DNA of 64,000 nucleotides from Octopus vulgaris (Eukaryota): positions 68,076,001 through 68,140,000 of the forward strand of contig OX597817.1 of the NCBI GenBank assembly GCA_951406725.2, written 5' to 3'. Shown in pieces: positions 55,201 through 64,000 of this stretch (position 1 is the first letter of the stretch; each line of letters opens with the position of its first letter). Under the pieces are notes generated by a model. The model was not told where the DNA came from. It ran no database searches and saw only the letters and a list, made by a program, of their open reading frames with translations. The position numbers and the translations under genes were made by a program.

Positions 55201-55799
55201 ATCTTCTATAGTAAGCCTCGAAGGTAACTCCTTCGTTTGGTTCGTACTTAAACTCTTTTATCGAGTTTGCAACATAATCTGGCTAGAACATTTTTTCCAG
55301 CATTTCCTGACATCTTACTATTCATTAAAACAGCATTTGTTGCTGTAATAGTAATTGTTGTTGTTGCTCCTGCTGTTGTTGTTTCTGCAGATGTTCTTGC
55401 AGTTATAGCTGCTGCAGTTGTTGTTCTTTCAGTTGCTGATGTTGCTGTTTCTGCAACTCGAGCAAAGCAGCCAACAAATTTTCCATAATCTAACGATTTT
55501 TTTTGCCGTATAATTAACACAAACGAAACTTTTGTGAATTTGTTAACTCCTCGCGAGAAATGTTAATTCGAGTTTTGTTAATTAGCTGCCACTGTTTTAA
55601 TCCTTAATGTCGGATTGTTATAACGCTCACTCTGGTAAATCAAGTATAGTTAGTAAGACAAGTAAGACCACGACTATCCATGACCATCTACTTCGTACTC
55701 TCTCTTTATATTGACCAACGTCACCTTATTTATAGGAGCTAGCACATACCACTCGTCACGTGGGAGGGGTGTACCATTATTACTATTATCCCGACAACA
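52237..55799 (-). mobile_element. Ty3/Gypsy LTR retrotransposon, internally deleted
   Basis: ~205-bp LTRs TGT...ACA at 52237-52441 and 55593-55799. PBS-like TGGCAGC follows the 5' LTR, PPT AAAAGGGGATA precedes the 3' LTR. TSD GTGTC/GTATC. Confidence 0.95.
52770..55490 (-). pseudogene. Degenerate gag-pol (Gag, RT, RNase H, integrase)
   Basis: Gag ...YSNYIL...FNDTVDTLCKIFSEKSSLLNTRWKCLNL; RT YPLP..FSKLDLSEAY and YLDD (54464-54475); RNase H ATDTNDYGVGAVL; integrase NGQAKRFVDTFK...PAELMFARKI. Confidence 0.92.
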
Positions 55800-56012
55800 G
55801 TATCTCTATATCTATATTTAGCTATATCTACATATATACACTTATATAGCAAGAAATGATGTTCTATAATACTTTTGTTAATTCAACCTTGCTAATATGG
55901 CTGCGAAACCTAGACTCTATATCTTCGCGACATCCAAATGGAAGCGTTCAGCAAAGAAGAAATTGAACTGTCGGATACGAGATGAAACTGCAGCCGCCGT
56001 AACCACCGCCAG

Positions 56013-56073
<61 letters not shown>

Positions 56074-56119
56074 CATAAATGTATAAACAGGAAACTGGAA
56101 ATTTTTCATCATTTATTCA

Positions 56120-56212
56120 CCATTACACGTGTTACATTTGCTAACAGAAATCACAATTTTTACAAGTTAGATAGACATGTAAGGTATTTCCTATTAGAAA
56201 CTCTTCAGACGG
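56120..56212 (-). ncRNA. Degenerate type I hammerhead (one core substitution)
   Basis: CCGT-CTGAAGA-[long helix II GTTTCTAATAGGAAAT/ATTTCTGTTAGCAAAT]-GTAA-CACGTG-TA-ATGG, followed by AATAAA and a tail into (TA)n. Confidence 0.65.
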
Positions 56213-56276
56213 AGAAATATATATATATATATAGTAAATGGAAGACGGAAGATGCAATATACGAGAATTTTTATTA

Positions 56277-56382
56277 ATCACAACAATTGTTTAGACACAT
56301 CTAGTATCGACCCCTCACGGGTGGGATACTTAATAACTGGCTCAGGAGCATCTGACGGCGTAGATGTGTCTTATCGGGTGAT
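56277..56382 (-). ncRNA. Degenerate type I hammerhead (three core substitutions)
   Basis: ATCAC-CCGATAA-GACACATCTA-(57 nt)-TAGATGTGTC-TAAA-CAATTG-TT-GTGAT, followed by AATAAA and a tail into (TA)n. All three helices pair perfectly. Confidence 0.65.
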
Positions 56383-57466
56383 GAATAGACACAACTCGTT
56401 AAAATAACAATTCCGCAATGTATCTTCTCATTTCGTAGAATGAAAAGTAGCAAAACGAAAGAAATATCTTCATTTGTAGAGAAGATCAAAAATAATAATT
56501 CTGCAAATAATATTTTTGTAATTTTCAACTTTGGCTAACACACAACTGCAACTGAGACTACATACTGGATTGTGATAACGGAATAATCCGATGTGCTTCA
56601 AGAGGAAACAGTTGGGATTTACCCTAACCACCAAATAATCCACACATATATATAGATATATAAATAGTGACACACACACACACATATGCGCACACAAAAT
56701 GTACAGTAAATGTCAGTGGCCTAGTGATTAGGCATTTGGGCTCCGATCATAAAGTCATCAGTTCAATTCTCAAACTGGGCAGCGTGCTTACGCTTTGAGC
56801 AAGGTTCTTTATTTTACATTGCTCTAGTTTGCTCGGACAAAGATGTGGACCAACCCAGTGCAGGTGATTTTCTCTCTCTTCCTCCAGGTCTCACCTCCTG
56901 GATGTCTTGCTGGGTCAATGATGGAGGGTATGGCAGGATGCCCATATATCTTCACGACGTAAAATAATTATCGTAAGTACGGTACATGTTATACGGTCAT
57001 ACTTGTTTACGATTGACGGATATGCTTCTCATAGATACAAACAAACATACATACATACATACAAGATTGCAAATACACGCATACATACATTAACACACAC
57101 ATACATACATGCATACATATGTATATATACGTATTATACAATAAAGTACTATGTTATATAATATATATTTTATGCAGGTTATGTATATGTAAGTGTGTGT
57201 GTGCGTTTATATAAAGATGGCGGTAAGTTCAACGTGACAGGTTATATATGAAAACAAAATTAGATTCATTTATAGCTGTTTTCTTACTTTTATGTAAAAA
57301 TGTAAACATTTCTATTATTATGAATACATACATACAAATACACGCATACATATACATATATACCTGCGTATATACATGTTTGTGTATATATTCATATATA
57401 AATACACACACACATATACATATATATATTATGTACATGTATATGGATACATATATATATACATGA

Positions 57467-57513
<47 letters not shown>

Positions 57514-57638
57514 CATGTATATATACATATACATACATATACATACATATACATATATACATATATATATATATAATATTTATAAACAAACCAGAATGCT
57601 TTGTAAGAGTATATATATTATCATAATATATCATTATA

Positions 57639-57940
<302 letters not shown>

Positions 57941-58498
57941 TTTGTATATATATATGTATATATATATGTATACATATATATAAAATACACAGATATATAC
58001 ATTCATACATACATGCAAACACACACACGCATACACACACATATATAAACATACACATATGTGTGTGTATGCGTGTTTTTATGTCTGTCTGTATGTATGG
58101 ACGTAGACACAGTCAAACAACAATAAAATATAACTTAAATGTCTATTCTGAGAAGATTCCTTTCAAATGCTTTTAAAATACAGAATCGTACGCGCACGCA
58201 CACTAATAGTCACACACACAAGCTCACAATGTCACACGCTAGAAGAGGATAGGAAAAATATATTTTTATACTAAATACATTTTCCACACACAATGATGAC
58301 TAAACAAAAATTTAATAATTTCAGCGATGTTATTTTTCACAAATATTTGTAACAGTTATTTGTAAGAGTTATTCTTATTTTATATGTATTTTATATATGT
58401 ATGTGTATCTGCTTGTATAGATGTATATGTATGCATATATGTAAGTATGTACCTCTCTCTCCCTCTCTGTATATATATATATATATGTACATACATAT

Positions 58499-58569
<71 letters not shown>

Positions 58570-58860
58570 TATATATGATTATATTATATTATATATTTAC
58601 AATCATATTCAATGTTGCCGATGTCCACTCCACACACGCTCACACACATACACACACATCGGCAACATTCGTCAATTTCTTGAAAATGGGGTCATTACCC
58701 CGAAATATTGAATACAAGGTAAGTCTACATTAATTCACATATTTGTTTTCTTGCTTTTACTTCGCATTGTTTTGGCCTTACCTACGATCTTTATACAATA
58801 CATTCTACACAAAGCTTCATAGTAATTATTCCATAACAATATATATATATATGCATCTAT

Positions 58861-58963
<103 letters not shown>

Positions 58964-59276
58964 GTTAGCTAGCTATTTATCTGTTTGTATCTTTGTCCGT
59001 CGGTCTGTATGTATGTGTGCGCATGTATGTAATTATATTGCTTAAATAACAGGTTGACTCGACTTTACATAAAGTTTCGTGAGTGCGCAGGACATGTCCA
59101 TGTCACCACGTCTTAGGAGGCAGAGTGGAAGATTTGTGCTGACTGATAAAAGCCTAAATACTTAGAAGCCGTCTTGAATTTTTGTCAAGCCTTTCAGTTT
59201 CTCCCTAAACATCTGATGAGAAGAGAGCCCCCTACACACCCAGGAAACTTCAAGTAATACAGAGTGAAACAGTTAT

Positions 59277-59339
<63 letters not shown>

Positions 59340-59408
59340 CTCTTACCAAATATGGCAAATATGGCACACACACACACACAGATAGACAGACAGACAGGCA
59401 TAAATACA

Positions 59409-59793
59409 TCTCTCTCTATATAAACGGCAGTTTGTCTGTGTGTGTGTCTGTGTGTCTGTTTGGTTGTACCCTCACTCTGACCACGGCTTCCAACCGATTC
59501 TGATGAAACTTGACACACACATAGCCCAATGTCATTATTCAAAACTAACGCAGCGAAAATTTTGAAAAGTTCCCCCAGTTCTGAAAAAGATCGATAAATT
59601 CGACATGGGGTCGACAATCAGAAACACAAACCACAGATGGTCTAGGGGACGCAACTCGACCTTTTTAACTATCAAAAAAAATTTACCATCATTTTGTTTC
59701 CCATTTTTTGGCTATTTTTTGGCTATGACTCTCTAAAAATGCTTTATAGTTATTTCCCTTACAAACCCGAGCAACGCCGGGCGATACTGCTAG
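59409..59793 (+). mobile_element. Non-autonomous Helitron, complete
   Basis: Starts A|TC and ends CTAG|T. Subterminal hairpin CCCGAGC-AAC-GCCGGG at 59766-59781. No TSD. Second copy at 34954-35330. Confidence 0.88.
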
Positions 59794-61986
59794 TATATGT
59801 ATAAATACGCACATTCATACCTAGATAGACACATACACACATATAGAGTTGTACTTTGCTATTGATGATTTTGCCGATAAACAGAGTTATTGATTGTCGT
59901 TTAGCTCATTTTTATTGTTAACTTATCAATTATTCAATTATTGATTAGTCTGATATAAAACTTTCGTCACACTACTGTGGGATTTTCAATGAATTCCCAA
60001 TCTATCACTTGTGTTTCGTTATATTTGTTAGAATCAGAGCGTCAGTAAGTTGACATGGGAGACAGAAAGGCCTACCAGAGCTGAGACAGCACATAATAAA
60101 TAGAGCGGAAATTATATGCTCCCTTACGGTCATCTATCTGTCGATAGTTTATTGAAAAATGTCTCGATAATTTTCCCTCATACTAATGACATGAAAGAAA
60201 CAACACCATGTAGACTGATAAAGCAGAAAGGTTCCTGAATGTCCCAATGGAAATGTGATTTAACGTCCTCCAGTTGAGAAGACGGATTGCAAACAACTTC
60301 CAGGCAATTAAGCGTTACATGTATTCAATGTATGGATTTAGGAAACATCACAAACTTGACTCTGATCATCTTAGTTCATGAACTATAGACCTACATTTTT
60401 TTTTTCAAAATTCAAGTTGAGCCATAGTTTGATCTCGGCAGGTTGGTATAATAAAAAGAGGTATAAAACTGCAAAGTGTGTTTTGGGTACAAGATTTACA
60501 TCGATCTCCTTAGATATCATCTTTTCTTTTGTATTTTTCTATCAAACAACCTCAAGTAAGCAGCTTGCCGAACTATATATTTTGTATTCTCAAATAACAA
60601 TAGCAATAGCAATACAAAGTGGTTGTGCTTAAGGTTTTGTTGGTGTATTTATCCTACGACGAGGCTCCACTAGCATTTTTTTAAATATAGTGATATCAAT
60701 GTGTTTATCGTTATTTATTTTTCCTTTTTGTTTGTTTCTTTCTCTAATCTTGATTGCCCTGGTCACTGTATATTATAGAAAGGAGGGATCTAGAGAACAG
60801 ACAGCCAATGCATGGCTGTGTGGTAACTTACAAGGAAAGATGCTAAAACTGTAGCCATAACTCATTTTTAGCTAACCTTTCTCTGACAAATGCGTCTCTG
60901 AAAGGGCTGCAATATTGATAAAGTTTAGTTGCAACAAGAGAAGCTCTATCGGTTTTTAAATAATTCAGCAGAGTTCACATACTCTACCTGCACACTCAGA
61001 GGGCTAATCTTGCTCCTTCTAATTAATCTATGAATTTGTTAATTCTGCTTTTAATGACAACGTTACCCTTGAGTTTTCATATCTCTCACTCTCGCCTTAC
61101 CCCCCCCCCCCACACACACCTGTGTACATTTAAACATTTTATAGATTACATTTCCGTTTTTACATTTGTTGCTCCCGCTGAAATGAATATTCGTTAGTGG
61201 CGGTAAACTGCCCAAATTGTGAAACAGACATTGTTTGCGATAAAATTTCTAATCTCTTCCCTGTAACTGGATGAGCTGTATCCTCCGTAAATAAAACTGC
61301 TCTGTCACAAGGCATTACACCCAATTCTTCTAACTGCTAAGGTCGAAAAGATTCCTCGTTAAGATAAATCCCCTACAGAGATTTAAAATTCAGTTTTATG
61401 ACTATGCTTCCAACTCGTCAAGCCTGCATCCATCGTCACGCACCCATCACCAAAGGCCTTTGAGAAACCAGAATGAACAAAACTGGCTGTTTTGTTCTAT
61501 TCCTCGTAAAATACTTCAATGTCGGATTGTACTAGTTATAAGAGGCATAATGGTGCTGGAAAGTATCATTTGTACCTCATAGAGATTTTAATATTTCTCA
61601 TAAAATATTTCGATATCGAATAGTAATATTTACGAGAGTCATAATGTACTATAGTATTTGAAAGTATCTGTACCTTAAAGAGAATACGATGGCAGACGTT
61701 TGCACAAATATCATTTTCGAAATATCAGCTACTGTGATTCGGTGTCAAGAGAAATCAAAATGATTGATGGCTACACCGAGCGGAGGTTTTCATTTCCTAG
61801 ACTTCATCAATCAAGGCAGCTCGCAAAATAGTGGGAGATTAAAATTTCGGAACTTTTTGTCACCTATATGCATGCACTGACTAGAACTAGGGATCCACCA
61901 ATGGCAACACACAAAATACATACAGATCTTTGTACGTAGTAATCCACACACACACACACACACACACGAACACATATGCATATATA

Positions 61987-62167
61987 AGAGAGGGTGCTGA
62001 AAAGGTCTTGGCTTTAAGGGTATCGTGAAGTTTGTTTAGAAAAACTGAAGGACTGCCGCAAATAATTGTGTGAATCTGAGAGGGGAATATGTTGAATAAA
62101 ATCATAATTAACTGATTCTCTTGAATTTTCTTTTATCCAAAGCCAGGAACTTTTCGCCACCCCCTCG
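61987..62167. mobile_element. mariner-type MITE, opposite orientation to 47201
   Basis: TIRs and TA flanks; internal deletion. Confidence 0.78.
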
Positions 62168-62570
62168 TACATAGACACCTCTCCCACATATATAACTTTG
62201 TATGTTATTATCATATATATATATATGTATGTATACTACATACCAGAGAACCAGAGATATCTGATTAATACTGATCATTCACTGACACATAAAATGCGAT
62301 GTAGTTGGATAAACTTCACAATAAATGTACATTGCCAGACTACTTTGTTAGACATTTATATAAAGAAGAGGAAAGAGAATAAAGAAAGCAAAACTAAGTC
62401 AGTTGAAGACAACACGTCTTTCTCCTCGTGAATAACAGCTAATATATATATATATATGTGTATGTATATATATATATATATACATTATATATATATATAT
62501 ATACAATACATGCATATATATATATATATGCATACATATACATATACATACACACAGACACACAGACACA

Positions 62571-62649
<79 letters not shown>

Positions 62650-63599
62650 GGATACATATATATGGGTGTATATATATACATGTAAGTATATATGAAAGTA
62701 TACATGGATATATATGTATATATATATATATGTATAGAAACACACACGCCACACGCATATGTATATATAAGTATATATATATATATATATATATATAAAT
62801 GTATATATATTATATGTAGTATCGTACGTATGTATGTGTGTGTTTGTGTGTATGTATACATGTATGTACGTATGTATGTACGTATGAATGAGGGCACGCT
62901 CTACAAACTAAATGACGTTGTTAGCTAATGACAGAAACTTAGTTCATAGTCTGATTTGACCTTATCGGTCACCAGCAATAAATTGTATTTAATGACATTA
63001 AAAATCAATGTAGATCTTTCACATTGAACACCATTTTGTATTATTTTAGCGTGTGAACGGATTTGAACTTTTGAACTGCGTATGACCAGAGTATATAGAT
63101 GTAGGCGTAACTCTGTAATTAAGAAATTCTCTTTACAAGTACGAGGGTTCTAGAAGGGTCTTACTCTGCGACACCTGGGTAACTGGCTTCTGCTAAAGAC
63201 ATAGATCAACTCAATGTATGTGAAATTTGGTAGCCGGTAAAGTGCTTTCTCTTTCTCTTTCTTTCTTTCTCTCCTCTTCTCTCTCTTTTCCATAAAAAAA
63301 CCCATCGTCTCTGTTTTCGAGTAATGGTAGGCTCAGTCGGTAGTCCATTTCAACGAATGCCACCATCTGATTCACTCTTGGGTACTTTGAGCGGGAAGCC
63401 ATTTTTCATGAAGTATTTGTTGGGTTGGATCTCAGGTCTGGGGATATGAAGAGATCATCTCCCTTTCCTCAACTAGACTTGGAGAGCCTAAAAATAGGCT
63501 AACCTTGCGCCCTCTAACTAAGCTATGAATTTGTTAATTCCGCTCGTAAACACAACGTTACCCTTGAGTTTTCCTATCTCACACACACACACACAGACA

Positions 63600-63760
63600 C
63601 ACGACGGTGTTTTTTCGGCTTCGGTCTACTAAATCCTTTAAGAAAACTTAGGTTGGCCGAAGGCTTTTGTAGAGGGTACTTGCTCAATGTACCACGCAGT
63701 GGGACTGAACTTGGAACCATGAGATTGGAAAGCGAATTTCTTACCCACACAACTATACCC
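63600..63760 (-). mobile_element. SINE family A 5' half
   Basis: ccacgcagtgggactgaac...ccacacaactata. Confidence 0.7.
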
Positions 63761-63771
63761 ATATATTTGTG

Positions 63772-63940
63772 AAAAAGAAAATACTGGAAGATCAGTTAAT
63801 TATGATTTTATTCAACATATTCCCCTTATTGCAGCCGTCTTTCAGTTTTTCTAAGCCTTTTAAAAGAACTCGGAAGGTTGGGCCTCCAACCAAGCCTTTC
63901 ACGATACCCTTAAAGCCAAGAACTTTTCAGTAGCCCCTCG
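63772..63940. mobile_element. mariner-type MITE with one end missing
   Basis: Matches 47235-47417. Confidence 0.75.
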
Positions 63941-64000
63941 AATATACAGACACACGCGCGCGCGCGCGCACACAGGCATATATCTATATGTATGTAAAGG

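Noticed and set aside
59500-59510. CTGATGA in the Helitron (also 35241 on the minus strand)
   Set aside because: There is no helix II/GAAA arrangement; it is ordinary Helitron internal sequence.
61000-63580. ~85-bp similarity between ~61000-61088 and ~63497-63580
   Set aside because: Most likely fragments of another dispersed repeat, with no structural or coding signal.

Overview
AT-rich eukaryotic non-genic or intronic DNA made almost entirely of microsatellites and transposable elements. The SINE families and the microsatellite load suggest a coleoid cephalopod, probably Octopus (inference). I found no intact host gene, rRNA, true tRNA or CRISPR array, and most ORFs in the track are artefacts of simple repeats. 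Recognisable elements: two Penelope-like elements (PLEs; Neptune-like at 1-1935, Hydra-clade-like at ~33335-35587), an internally deleted Ty3/Gypsy LTR element (52237-55799), a complete but dead Tc1 element (43308-44490), hAT, CR1-group and RTE fossils, two copies of a non-autonomous Helitron, mariner-type MITEs and three tRNA-derived SINE families. The most notable signal is a ~300-bp element with a tRNA-derived Pol III head (A and B boxes), an internal trinucleotide microsatellite and a minimal type I hammerhead ribozyme (HHR). It is inserted at two loci (20956-21307, 36077-36744) with PLE-style geometry: inverted partial duplication, one arm with an extra ~30-nt tail, and a target-site duplication (TSD). 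It is a candidate ribozyme-bearing SINE mobilised by Penelope machinery. About ten intact or decayed HHR motifs from several unrelated families occur in the window, several of them followed by a short tail ending in a (TA)n tract. All folds and alignments were done by eye, so boundaries of decayed elements are approximate.
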